Below, in pieces: positions 36,353 through 45,733 of a stretch of 64,000 nt of DNA. Numbering within the stretch: position 1 is the stretch's first letter; each line of letters begins with the position of its first letter. Below the pieces are notes generated by a model. The model ran no database searches. It saw only the letters and a list, made by a program, of their open reading frames with translations, and was not told the origin of the DNA. The stretch is from Longimicrobiales bacterium. GTDB taxonomy: Bacteria > Gemmatimonadota > Gemmatimonadetes > Longimicrobiales > Gaopeijiaceae. Position numbers and translations under genes: made by a program. The stretch is from assembly GCA_041690395.1 (NCBI GenBank), contig JAWLHJ010000002.1, positions 260,707 to 324,706 of the forward strand, written 5' to 3'.

Positions 36353-37654
36353 TCAGGACGGAATGTTCGGGTTGGCCCGCCGTTCCTGCTCGGGCAGCGG
36401 CATGCACGTGATCGGGCCGTAGAGCTGGCCCTTGTGGTTCGTCCCCTGCGGGAACTCGATGTCGTGCCGGAGCATGTCGTTCAGCCGGTGGCCTTCGAGC
36501 CACAGCTGACGGCGACGCTCCTCGAGCACGACTTCCAGGATCTCGGCATCGGACTGAAGGCTCAGCCCGACCAGGTCATCCGCCGGGAGACCCTGCGCGG
36601 TCCGCAGGTCCGTCAGATGCTGCTCCGCCTCGGCGAGCTCCGCCTCGGCCATGATCAGCTTGGCCTCTTCCCACGACGCGATCGGAATGTTCGCATCGGC
36701 CGCCGTGTACTTGCGCTGGTACCAGTGATCGGTGGCGCCGTCGTTCCCCTTGGCGCCGGCATCCTCGATCACGACCCGCGTGTCCGGCTCCGGCACCACG
36801 CCGACCGTGAGATCACCGTACGCCGCCGGGTTCGCCGACACGTACAGGTTCAGCACGTTGAGGTTGTACACGCGGTTCTCACGGCTCGCGTCGACCGTCG
36901 AGTACTCCGAGTACCTTACGAATCCCTCGGGAATCTCGGACGCGTCATCGTACGCACCCGTCGTGTTCCCGAGGTCCAGGCGTGCGCGAGCACGCCCGAG
37001 GAGGGCGAAATACTCCAGCTCCTCGTCACCGATCTGCTGCGCGTAGCCGATCGCCTCGGTGAACTTCGTCTCAGCCATCGCGATGACCTCGGCGGGCTGA
37101 AGGAGCGAGCCCTCGGCGATGGCCATCTCGCAGAAGCCCTCACCCAGCAGCAGGTGGGAATACCCACCGTAAGCTGCCAGAAGGCCGAGCATCTCGTTCT
37201 TGTCGCCGACGATCTCCTCTTCGGGGAACGCGGAGATCAGCTCGGCACCGCTGGACGTCAGGAAGGTCGCCTGCTGCAGCGGCGTGTACGCGCCGAGGAC
37301 GGTGGTACCACGTCCCCCCGCACACACTCCCGTGATGGTCTCGAGCTCCAGGCCACGCCAACCCCACGGGTTGATGTTGAGCCAACCGGACGAGTTGATC
37401 GTCTCGTCCGCAAGGAGGCTCGTGGAGACCACGTAGCTCGTGTAGGCGCACTCGAACTGTCCGAGCGCGCTGTTGAGGATGGTCCCGGCCAGAGCCGGGT
37501 TCTCGAGGTCGGAGGCCTCGACGGCCCCGGGGTTCTCCACCTCGAGGAGGCTGTCGCACGCCCCGAGCATCGAGAACAGGAGAATCGTGAAGCCGGCGCC
37601 CACGGCCCGCAGGCTCGGTGAGCGGCGTCGGCTCGTCTTGGATCTATGGGTCAT
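36353..37654 (-). CDS. SusD/RagB-like outer membrane lipoprotein
   Basis: Lipobox LGAC-DSLLEVENP; LLLGEGFC, EAKLIMAEA, ERRRQLWLEGHRLND, PLPEQE...NPN. Confidence 0.9.
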   Translation of the reverse strand: MTHRSKTSRRRSPSLRAVGAGFTILLFSMLGACDSLLEVENPGAVEASDLENPALAGTILNSALGQFECAYTSYVVSTSLLADETINSSGWLNINPWGWRGLELETITGVCAGGRGTTVLGAYTPLQQATFLTSSGAELISAFPEEEIVGDKNEMLGLLAAYGGYSHLLLGEGFCEMAIAEGSLLQPAEVIAMAETKFTEAIGYAQQIGDEELEYFALLGRARARLDLGNTTGAYDDASEIPEGFVRYSEYSTVDASRENRVYNLNVLNLYVSANPAAYGDLTVGVVPEPDTRVVIEDAGAKGNDGATDHWYQRKYTAADANIPIASWEEAKLIMAEAELAEAEQHLTDLRTAQGLPADDLVGLSLQSDAEILEVVLEERRRQLWLEGHRLNDMLRHDIEFPQGTNHKGQLYGPITCMPLPEQERRANPNIPS

Positions 37655-37664
37655 TGTCGTCTCC

Positions 37665-40600
37665 TCAGAAGCTCAGGCGGAGCGTCATGGTCAGGCTCGC
37701 GGTGGGCGGCAGAACGGTCTGGTAGCCCACGGAGTTGGCGCCCGTCGCGCGCACCTCGGGGTCCCAGACATGCATGCCCGCCAGCTTTTCGGTCACGAGA
37801 CCGTTGCGCGGCGTGCCCCACCCTTCTTCGGCGGTCCACAGCATGGCCACGTTCCGCATGCCGACGCTGACGGACCCACGGCGCGCACCGATGCGCTCGG
37901 CGAAGCTCCCGGGCATGTCGTAGCTCAGCGAGACTTCGCGTAGACGCAGGAAGCCCGCTTCGTAGACACCCATCCGGTCGTTCTCGAGCTGACGGTAGGC
38001 CTGCACGAACGGATCGTTGCGCAGGTTCGTAGCGATCGACGTCGTCTGGTTGTGCGTGGCACGAATCTCGGTGTTGTTCTGGATGTGCCCGCCATTCCCC
38101 TCGACCCGCGCGTAGAGGCGCAGGTTGTTGAAGAAGGTGAACGTGTTCCCGACGCCGAACTGCCACGTCGGCTGGGTCTTTCCGAGCCACACCTGAGGCG
38201 CCTCGGAGCAGGGCACCGGGGCACCGCCCGGATCCACGCCCTGCGGACCGGTACCACCGTCACACGTTGCCGAAAGCAGCGCGCCGGTGGGGCTGATCTC
38301 CGCCTCGAGGACGCGGAGCATGAAGAGATCCGCGACCGAATAGCCTTCGCGATGCTGGGACTGGGTCCCGGCGAAGATCACGTCGAGGTCGCCGAGGTCG
38401 GTGATCTCGTTCTCGGACGTCGAGTACTGGGTGTCGAGATCCCAGGAGAACGACGAGCCCTGAATGAGCCGCGCGTTCACGCCGATCTCGTTACCCCAGG
38501 CGTCGATCTGGCCGATGTTGACGACCTGGTCCCCGGTGAACCCGGTGGACGGCGCCAACGGGCGCTCGATGATCGCGTCCTTGGTGATCCGGTCGTAGCG
38601 CGTGAACTCCACGCTCAACCTGTCGTTGAACAAGCTCGCGTCGAAGCCGAGCTCGAGCTCCTCGCCCCGCTCGGGCTTGAGGTCGGGGTTACCGAACGAC
38701 TCGGGCGTCAGCGACGGATTGTCGTCGAATCCGATGGCCGGACCATAGAGGCGGCTGGCCGCGAACGTTCCGGGCTGCTGTCCTGCCGCGCCCCAGGCAC
38801 CGCGGATACGGAACTGGTCGACGAAGTCGAAGTCCCAGAAGCTCTCCTCCGACACCACCCAGGTACCGCTGACCTTCGGGTAGTAGGCCGCGTCGATCTC
38901 CGAGCCGAACGCGCTGTGCGAGTCCGCCCGCAGGGCGACGGTCAGGAACGCCCGGTTCTGCCAGCCGACCTGCTGCTGCACGTAGAACCCGAGGTTGGCC
39001 TCCTCGGCGAACGTCTCGCCGCTCGTCCGGATGGCCGCGCCGGAGATGGTCGTCACGGGGACGGCCGGGAACTCGGCGCCGTCCGCCGAGATGAACTGGC
39101 TCCGGGAGTTGTTGTACTGCATGCCGATAGACGGCGTGAACGTGTACTCGCGCCAGTCGAAGGTGGCGCTACCGGCGTAGTCGAACGACGTGAAACGACG
39201 GGTGCCACGGTCCACGCTCTTCTCGCCCAGCGCCGCGCTTCCGTAGTAGTGGTCCGAGCCTTCCGGCTGGCGCGGGAGCGTCTCGTGGTTGTGCTCGGCG
39301 TTGTTGTCGATACCGACGATGACGCGATGCGTCGACCACTCCACCGGCTGGTACCGTAGCTCCGCACTCACGGTCATCCGGTCGTTGTCGGACCGGTCCT
39401 CGTATTTGCTCCACTCCTCGGGGGGAGCAGCACGCCAACCGCGCCGGCCGCTGTTGTCGAGCAGCGTGCGCGGGTTCGACCAGATCAGGTTGCTGAACGG
39501 GTCCTGGTTGATGCCGCCCTGCGCGAGCCGCGTCTCTCCCTGGATGTAGCCCGAGTTGACGCTCACCGTGACCTTCTCGGAGAGCAGCGCCTCGAAGTTG
39601 GCGCGCAGCGCGAGCCGCTTGCTCCAGTTCCAGTCGACGACTCCGACGTCGTCGTTGCTCGAGACCGAAGCGAAGTAGCGGATCGCGTCGGTGCCACCGC
39701 GAACGCTCAGGTTGTAGCTCTGCGTCAGGCCGTTCTGGAAGATGGGCCCGTTGCCGTTCTCGACCTCGTTCGTGTAGACGTTGATGCCGAAGAGGTCGTC
39801 GACCGTCTGGGGGGCGCCGACCAGGTCCGGATCCGGCATCCAGCGCATGTCGGTCCGGCCCTCCGGATCCCACAGCCAGTTGGTGCCGATACGCGTCGTG
39901 AAGTCGAACTGGGGAGCGCCGGTCTGGCCGCTCTTCGTGATGATCTGGATCACGCCGTTCGAGGCCTCGGTGCCGTAGAGCGTCGCCGCCGCGGGCCCCT
40001 TGATGATCTCGATGCTCTCGATGTCCGACGGGTGGATGTCGTTCAGGCGGCTGACGTTCGAGCCGCCGCGCTGACCGGTCCCTCGCCGGGGATCGCTGTC
40101 CATCCGGACACCGTCGATGTAGATGATCGGATCGTTGCCCTGCGAGATGCTGGCCACACCGCGGATCCGAGGCGCCGTGCCGGTGCCGACCTGGCCCGTG
40201 CCGGGCAGCATCGTCAGTCCCGGCGTGCGCTGACCGATCATCTGGTCCACGCTGGTGATCGGCGACTGCGAGATGACCTGGTCGGCGTTCACGGAGGTTA
40301 CGACGTTACCGATCGCCCGGCGCTGGCTTCCGCCCGCGGTTCCGGTGACGATCATCTCGTCGAGCTCGAGCGCGGACGACTCCATGCGGAACTCGACCGA
40401 TGCGGTCTGCCCCGCCTGGACCGTCGCCGTCTGCTGCTGCGTCTCGTAGCCGATCGTGATGACCGACACGGTCTGCTGGCCAACAGGGACGTTCAGGAGC
40501 AGGAAGCGGCCGCTCGCGTTCGTCAGGCCTCCGACTCCGGTGCCTTCGACGCTCACCTGGGCGGACTGGAGAGCCCGTCCGGTAGCGGCGTCGACCACCG

Positions 40601-40733
40601 TGCCCTGAACGCTGCCGGTCTGGGCCGCGACGGCCGAAGGGGCCGCAAGCACCGCGAATACGAACGACAACACCGCCATCGCTCGAAGTCTCGGCAATGC
40701 AAGCTTATTGCATCGCACTCTGGGTAGATTCAT
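37665..40733 (-). CDS. SusC/RagA-like TonB-dependent receptor
   Basis: DEMIVTGT, DIESIEIIKGPAAATLYGTEASNGVIQIITK, GNPDLKPE, FLRLREVSLSY, terminal Phe. Confidence 0.94.
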   Translation of the reverse strand: MNLPRVRCNKLALPRLRAMAVLSFVFAVLAAPSAVAAQTGSVQGTVVDAATGRALQSAQVSVEGTGVGGLTNASGRFLLLNVPVGQQTVSVITIGYETQQQTATVQAGQTASVEFRMESSALELDEMIVTGTAGGSQRRAIGNVVTSVNADQVISQSPITSVDQMIGQRTPGLTMLPGTGQVGTGTAPRIRGVASISQGNDPIIYIDGVRMDSDPRRGTGQRGGSNVSRLNDIHPSDIESIEIIKGPAAATLYGTEASNGVIQIITKSGQTGAPQFDFTTRIGTNWLWDPEGRTDMRWMPDPDLVGAPQTVDDLFGINVYTNEVENGNGPIFQNGLTQSYNLSVRGGTDAIRYFASVSSNDDVGVVDWNWSKRLALRANFEALLSEKVTVSVNSGYIQGETRLAQGGINQDPFSNLIWSNPRTLLDNSGRRGWRAAPPEEWSKYEDRSDNDRMTVSAELRYQPVEWSTHRVIVGIDNNAEHNHETLPRQPEGSDHYYGSAALGEKSVDRGTRRFTSFDYAGSATFDWREYTFTPSIGMQYNNSRSQFISADGAEFPAVPVTTISGAAIRTSGETFAEEANLGFYVQQQVGWQNRAFLTVALRADSHSAFGSEIDAAYYPKVSGTWVVSEESFWDFDFVDQFRIRGAWGAAGQQPGTFAASRLYGPAIGFDDNPSLTPESFGNPDLKPERGEELELGFDASLFNDRLSVEFTRYDRITKDAIIERPLAPSTGFTGDQVVNIGQIDAWGNEIGVNARLIQGSSFSWDLDTQYSTSENEITDLGDLDVIFAGTQSQHREGYSVADLFMLRVLEAEISPTGALLSATCDGGTGPQGVDPGGAPVPCSEAPQVWLGKTQPTWQFGVGNTFTFFNNLRLYARVEGNGGHIQNNTEIRATHNQTTSIATNLRNDPFVQAYRQLENDRMGVYEAGFLRLREVSLSYDMPGSFAERIGARRGSVSVGMRNVAMLWTAEEGWGTPRNGLVTEKLAGMHVWDPEVRATGANSVGYQTVLPPTASLTMTLRLSF

Positions 40734-40916
40734 GATTCGTCTCCATTGGACGAAGGGATATGGCGCGGGGCCGGGCTCCCTGCCCGGATCGACCGCGCGG
40801 AACGCGCGTCCTGACGATGCCCGTAGGGGCGAGCGCCGTGCGACGCACTCTGAACACTTCGGAGCTTCGTCCGGTCGTTCCCTACCGAAGGAAACGAGCG
40901 GCCGAGCGTGATGTGA

Positions 40917-42029
40917 CTATCTGGGTTGTTGGCCTATCCTCGCGCCGGCCAGAAGTCCGACGCCCGCCATGGTGGTCTGCGTGGCGTTGAAGCCGAACAG
41001 GAAGTCCGCGTCCGAGAAGGTCGCGAGCACGTCCGACGGCTGGTGCCAATGGGGATCGGATCCCCTCCCGATCTCGTAGAGGCGCCGGTTCTCGCGGATG
41101 CTGACCGCGGCGGTCAGGTCCATGAACGGCGTCGAGTCGGTGTTGCTCATGCTGTTGCTCATCGCCGCCGGGTAGTCGCTCGCGAACTTCCGGTTGGCGT
41201 TGATCAGGTGAACCGCGAGGCGCGAGGACTCCTCCCACATCGCCGAGTTCAGCTGGAACTCCACGTCGACGTCGGCGTTCAGGGCCTGACGGTGCATCAC
41301 CGGATTCCCGTGGTCGAACATGACCTTGTCGTGCTGGATCATGCCGAGCCAGCGGGGCTCCGGATAACGGCCGGACCCGGCCGGGCTCTCCTGCCCTTGG
41401 AGGTCCGCGCGCTGCTCCACGTAGGCTCGGGCTCCGTTGAGCCCCGTCTCCTCGTTGTTCCAGAGCGCGAAGCGGATCGTCCGCTCGGTCGCGATGTCGG
41501 GCGAGGCGAGCACACGCGCGATCTCGAGGACGAGCGCCGTGCCCGAGGCGTTGTCGTTCACGGCCTGTCCACCGCCCCGACCGTCCATGTGGCCGCTGAC
41601 GATGTACATCTCGTCGGGGTTGGTCGTCCCGATCTTGGTCGCGTAGACCTGGCTCCGCGGCTCACCCTCGTACTCGTAGTGGAGCCGCTCCGTCTCGTAG
41701 CCCCAGCTCCGCAGCCGCTCCTCGATCCAGTCGTTCGCGCGCTCGTTGCCCTCCGTTCCCTGCTCACGGTCGCCGAACGCGGCCAGGTCGTGAACGAGTT
41801 GCGTATAACTCTCGAGGCTCAGCCGCTCGACGATGGGCTGGACCGCCTGCTCTTCCGCGGTGAGCTCGACGCCACCGAGCACGCCCCGTGGAATGGGCCG
41901 GACACCGTCTTGCTGCCTGGACTGGGCCGAGGCGAGAGGCGCGGTGACCAGAAGGAGGGTGAGAGCGAGGGAGAGAACGGAGCCGGGACGCGGGAAGGAC
42001 CCGGACCGGTGAAAAGGCGTGCGCAGCAT
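40917..42029 (-). CDS. Secreted M28 family metallopeptidase
   Basis: SGHMDG, NDNASG, NNEETGL, HWHQPSD; signal peptide. Confidence 0.88.
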   Translation of the reverse strand: MLRTPFHRSGSFPRPGSVLSLALTLLLVTAPLASAQSRQQDGVRPIPRGVLGGVELTAEEQAVQPIVERLSLESYTQLVHDLAAFGDREQGTEGNERANDWIEERLRSWGYETERLHYEYEGEPRSQVYATKIGTTNPDEMYIVSGHMDGRGGGQAVNDNASGTALVLEIARVLASPDIATERTIRFALWNNEETGLNGARAYVEQRADLQGQESPAGSGRYPEPRWLGMIQHDKVMFDHGNPVMHRQALNADVDVEFQLNSAMWEESSRLAVHLINANRKFASDYPAAMSNSMSNTDSTPFMDLTAAVSIRENRRLYEIGRGSDPHWHQPSDVLATFSDADFLFGFNATQTTMAGVGLLAGARIGQQPR

Positions 42030-42258
42030 CTATTCGTCTCAGCTGAGATGTTTCATGCTAGAAACACCCAATCGCTCGGCATGGTGGCGGACGACTCGGG
42101 CGGGGGGCGTGGTGGGGGAGCCACGCGCTCCATTCCGACTACCCATTCATGGTAGACAAAGTCCATTCTCGGCGCCAGACAGGAGGGTTGCGGCGGGCCA
42201 CACGGCAGGCCTACGATCGGCGGGTCCCGCCGTGCACCCACGAGCCCGAAAGAACTCC

Positions 42259-44034
42259 ATGCTTCCGAAAATCCGCCATCGCACCGGCCCCGCCTCGAGG
42301 GCCCGCGTATTCGCTACCGCGACGGTCCTCCTGCTCGCGGCCCTCGCGACCGTACCCGGCTCCGGGGCCGGCCAGGAGCCGTTCGACCTGCTCATCCGTG
42401 GGGGCCGCGTCCTGGACGGCACCGGAAATCCCTGGATCCGGGCGGACATAGGCATCCGGGAAGGGCGTATCGCGGCACTCGGCCAGCTCCCGGACGCCAG
42501 CGCGGACCGGATCGTGGACGCGGCCGGTCTCTACGTCGCCCCGGGCTTCATCGACATCCACTCGCACGCCGACGACGGCAACGCGGACATCGGTGAGGCC
42601 ACCATCCGGACCGACGAGCCCGGCAGGAAGGCCGCCCCCAACGTGGTCTCGCAGGGTGTGACCACGGTGGTCGTGAATCACGACGGCCGTTCCCCCTGGC
42701 CGATCCGCGACCAGCGCGCGCTCCTCGAGCGCCAGGGCGTGGGTCCGAACGTCATGTTGATGGTCGGACACGGAACCGTTCGGCGGCAGGTCATGGGCGA
42801 CGACTTCGCGCGTCCCGCGACCGACGCCGAGATCGAACGGATGAGAGAGCTGGTCCGGCAGGCGCTGGACGAGGGCGCGGTCGGCATCTCCGCCGGGCTC
42901 GAATACGTGCCCGGGCGATACAGCACGACCGACGAGGTCGCGCGCGTCGTGGAGGAGCTCCTCCCCTCGGACGGCGTCTACATCTCCCACGAGCGCGCGG
43001 AGGGCGCCGACCCCATGTGGTACTGGCCGAGCCAGGATCCGGCCGGGCCGCCCACGCTCCAGGACGCGGTCATGGAGACCATCGAGATCGGTCGGCGCAC
43101 CGGCGTGAAGGTCGTCGCGTCACACATCAAGGCGAAAGGCGCGCACTGGTGGGGCTCGAGCGGCACCGTCATCCAGCTGATCGAGCGGGCGCGCGACGAG
43201 GGCGTGCGCGTGTGGGCCGACCAGTATCCGTACCCCACCAGCGGATCGGACGGGAACACCGTGCTGATCCCCTCGTGGGCCACCTCGCCCGACACGCGCG
43301 GCCCGGACGCGCCGCCTCCGGCCGAGGTGCTGCGCGAGAACCTCCGCGACCCCGACACGGAAGCGCTCATCCGTCAGGACATCGCGCACGAGATCCGGCG
43401 CAGGGGCGGCGCCGACCGCGTCGTCGTGCTCGAGTACCCCCGGTCGGAGTGGGTCGGACGCAACCTTCAGGAGCTCGCGGACGAGCGCGGCGTCGATCCG
43501 GTGCAGATGGCCATCGACCTCCAGCTCGAGGGCGATCCGGCGCGACGCGGCGGCGGGAGGCTCCGGGGCTTCTCGATGTCAGAGATCGACGTGGAGCACT
43601 ACGCGGCGCAGCCGTGGGTCGTGACCGCGTCGGACGGCGGGATCGCCCTCCCCGCGGACGGCCTGGTGCACCCCCGCTACTACGGCACCTTCCCCCGCAA
43701 GATCCGACACTACGCGCTCACTGTGAACGCGCTCTCGCTCGAAGACGCGATCCGGTCCCAGACGTCGCTCCCGGCGAGGCTCATGGGCCTCCCCGACCGT
43801 GGCGAGATCCGGGAGGGGTACCGGGCGGACCTGGTGGTCTTCGACCTGGAGACGATCGGGGACCGCGCGACGGTGTTCGAGCCGCACCAGCACTCGGAGG
43901 GGATCGAGCACGTGCTGGTGAACGGCGAGTTCGTCGTGGAGGACGGCACGATCCTGTACACGACGCCCGGGCAGGTGCTCACGCGTGAGACGGGCGGCCG
44001 GCGGGGCGTCTCGGACGATGGAGGCTTGAAATGA
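42259..44034 (+). CDS. Exported N-acyl-D-amino-acid deacylase-like amidohydrolase
   Basis: PGFIDIHSH, GLEYVPG, SHER, SHIK, DQYPY, ASDG, HPRYYGTFPR, ADLVVFD; signal peptide. Confidence 0.88.
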   Translation: MLPKIRHRTGPASRARVFATATVLLLAALATVPGSGAGQEPFDLLIRGGRVLDGTGNPWIRADIGIREGRIAALGQLPDASADRIVDAAGLYVAPGFIDIHSHADDGNADIGEATIRTDEPGRKAAPNVVSQGVTTVVVNHDGRSPWPIRDQRALLERQGVGPNVMLMVGHGTVRRQVMGDDFARPATDAEIERMRELVRQALDEGAVGISAGLEYVPGRYSTTDEVARVVEELLPSDGVYISHERAEGADPMWYWPSQDPAGPPTLQDAVMETIEIGRRTGVKVVASHIKAKGAHWWGSSGTVIQLIERARDEGVRVWADQYPYPTSGSDGNTVLIPSWATSPDTRGPDAPPPAEVLRENLRDPDTEALIRQDIAHEIRRRGGADRVVVLEYPRSEWVGRNLQELADERGVDPVQMAIDLQLEGDPARRGGGRLRGFSMSEIDVEHYAAQPWVVTASDGGIALPADGLVHPRYYGTFPRKIRHYALTVNALSLEDAIRSQTSLPARLMGLPDRGEIREGYRADLVVFDLETIGDRATVFEPHQHSEGIEHVLVNGEFVVEDGTILYTTPGQVLTRETGGRRGVSDDGGLK

Positions 44035-45671
44035 GGACGCTCGTCGCGCTCGTGCTCCTGGCCCTCGCGCTCGGTCCCGCGGCTACCACCGCCCAGACGC
44101 CTCCCGACGCGGCGCACGAGGTCGACCGGATCTTCGCGCGCTGGGACGGCGTCACGTCACCCGGCTGCGCCGTCGGCGTGCGGAAGGACGGGCTCACCGT
44201 GCTCGAGCGGGCCTACGGCATGGCCGACCTCGAGCACGGCATTCCCAACACGCCGTCCACGCGCTTCGAGGGCGGATCGCTGTCCAAGCAGTTCACCGCG
44301 GCCGCCGTCGTCCTGCTGGCGCTCGACGGCGCACTGTCCCTCGAGGACGATGTCAGGCAGTACATCCCGGAGGTCCCGGACTACGGCCACACCATCACGC
44401 TCAAGCATCTGCTCACGCACACGAGCGGGCTACGTGACTGGGGGAGCGTCGCGAGCATCTCGGGGTGGGGCCGGGAGCAGCGCACGCACGACCACGACTG
44501 GGTGCTGGACATCGTGAGCCGCCAGTCGGCGCTCAACTTCGTGCCGGGTCACGAGTACTCGTACAGCAACACCGGGTACAACCTGCTGGCCATCGTCGTC
44601 GGGCGCGTGAGCGGGATGCCCTTCGCGGACTTCTCACGGGAGCGGATCTTCGAGCCGCTCGGGCTCGGCCTCACCGAGTGGCGCGAAGACTACCGGCGCA
44701 TCGTGCCCGGCCGAAGCACGGCCTACCGGACGCCGGACGGGGGCGACAGCTGGGAGATCGACCGACCCATCGAGCACGTATACGGGAACGGAGGCATCCT
44801 GACCACGGTCGCCGACCTCGGCGTCTGGAACGAGGCCCTGGAGGACGGGCGCCTGGGCGGGCCCGAGTTCGTGACGCTCATGCACGACACGGGTGTCCTC
44901 AACGACGGCTCGCGTATCCGGTACGCGAGCGGCCTGGTCGTCGGAGAGTCCATGGGGGTCCCCTCGGTCACGCACACCGGATCCACGGCCGGGTACCGGG
45001 CGTTCCTCGGGCGCTATCCGGAGCAGGATCTTTCCGTCGCGATGATCTGCAACGCGGCGAACGTTTCCACCGGCGGCACGGGCGCGAGGATCGCGAGCGC
45101 GTACCTGGGAGACGTAGCCCGGGAGCCCGCCACCCCCGACTACGCTGCCGCCGCAAGGCCCGAGGACGCGCGCCGCGCGGGCCTCTACCACGATCCGGTC
45201 ACCGGAGACATACGAGAGCTCGCCTTGACGGATGGCGTGCTCCACGACGGCTCCACGCCGCTCCTCCGGCTGGACGAACGGACCTTCCAGGTCGGCGACG
45301 GCGACGCGCGCTACGTGTTCGACGACGGCGCCGGACGCGTGGGCTTCGAGGAGGAGTCGTGGGAGTACTCGAACCAGCGCTGGGAGCCCGTCGAACCGTG
45401 GTCACCGACCGCGTCGGAGCTCGCGGCCTTCACGGGCACCTATCACAGCGACGACGCCGAGACGACCTATGTCGTGTCGATCGAGGACGGCGGACCGACG
45501 GTCTGGCAGCGGCCCGGGATCACCCGCGAGCTCTCGCCGCTGTACCGCGACGCGTTCGGCATGGGTGGCATGGTCGTGCGCTTCCGCCGCGACACCGCCG
45601 GTGACGTCGTCGCGCTCTCGCTCAGCCTCGGACGGGTGTACGACATGCGCTTCGAGCGGGTGCGGCCCTGA
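44031..45671 (+). CDS. Secreted serine hydrolase (class C beta-lactamase / D-aminopeptidase-like)
   Basis: SLSK (SxxK), LLTHTSG, YSYSNTGY (YxN), HTGS; extra C-terminal domains; ATGA overlap with the upstream gene. Confidence 0.9.
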   Translation: MRTLVALVLLALALGPAATTAQTPPDAAHEVDRIFARWDGVTSPGCAVGVRKDGLTVLERAYGMADLEHGIPNTPSTRFEGGSLSKQFTAAAVVLLALDGALSLEDDVRQYIPEVPDYGHTITLKHLLTHTSGLRDWGSVASISGWGREQRTHDHDWVLDIVSRQSALNFVPGHEYSYSNTGYNLLAIVVGRVSGMPFADFSRERIFEPLGLGLTEWREDYRRIVPGRSTAYRTPDGGDSWEIDRPIEHVYGNGGILTTVADLGVWNEALEDGRLGGPEFVTLMHDTGVLNDGSRIRYASGLVVGESMGVPSVTHTGSTAGYRAFLGRYPEQDLSVAMICNAANVSTGGTGARIASAYLGDVAREPATPDYAAAARPEDARRAGLYHDPVTGDIRELALTDGVLHDGSTPLLRLDERTFQVGDGDARYVFDDGAGRVGFEEESWEYSNQRWEPVEPWSPTASELAAFTGTYHSDDAETTYVVSIEDGGPTVWQRPGITRELSPLYRDAFGMGGMVVRFRRDTAGDVVALSLSLGRVYDMRFERVRP

Positions 45672-45675
45672 CGAG

Positions 45676-45711
45676 CGAGGGGGTGCGGCCGGGGAAGGCC
45701 GCACCCCCTCG
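45676..45711. terminator. Perfect hairpin between convergent genes, probable bidirectional terminator
   Basis: 15-bp stem CGAGGGGGTGCGGCC/GGCCGCACCCCCTCG with a 6-nt loop. Confidence 0.65.
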
Positions 45712-45733
45712 GTGTTTGGACCGACCCGTTCGG

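Noticed and set aside
40811..40834. CTGACGA-TGCCC-GTAG-GGGC-GAGC, resembling a hammerhead ribozyme core upstream of susC
   Set aside because: The required GAAA after stem II is absent and I could not find stems I and III
40734..40916. Possible riboswitch in the leader of the TonB-dependent receptor
   Set aside because: No recognisable cobalamin, TPP, SAM or glycine aptamer consensus by eye; an Rfam/Infernal scan would be needed to exclude it
42139..42161. Short palindrome CTACC-N7-GGTAG with adjacent TGGTAGACAA, resembling a GntR-type operator
   Set aside because: Too short and single-copy, and no such regulator is in the window
44031..45671. Beta-lactam resistance gene (likewise the MBL-fold gene at 6976-7944)
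   Set aside because: Only fold-level motifs are present; extra domains, degenerate ligands and catabolic context do not support a resistance call
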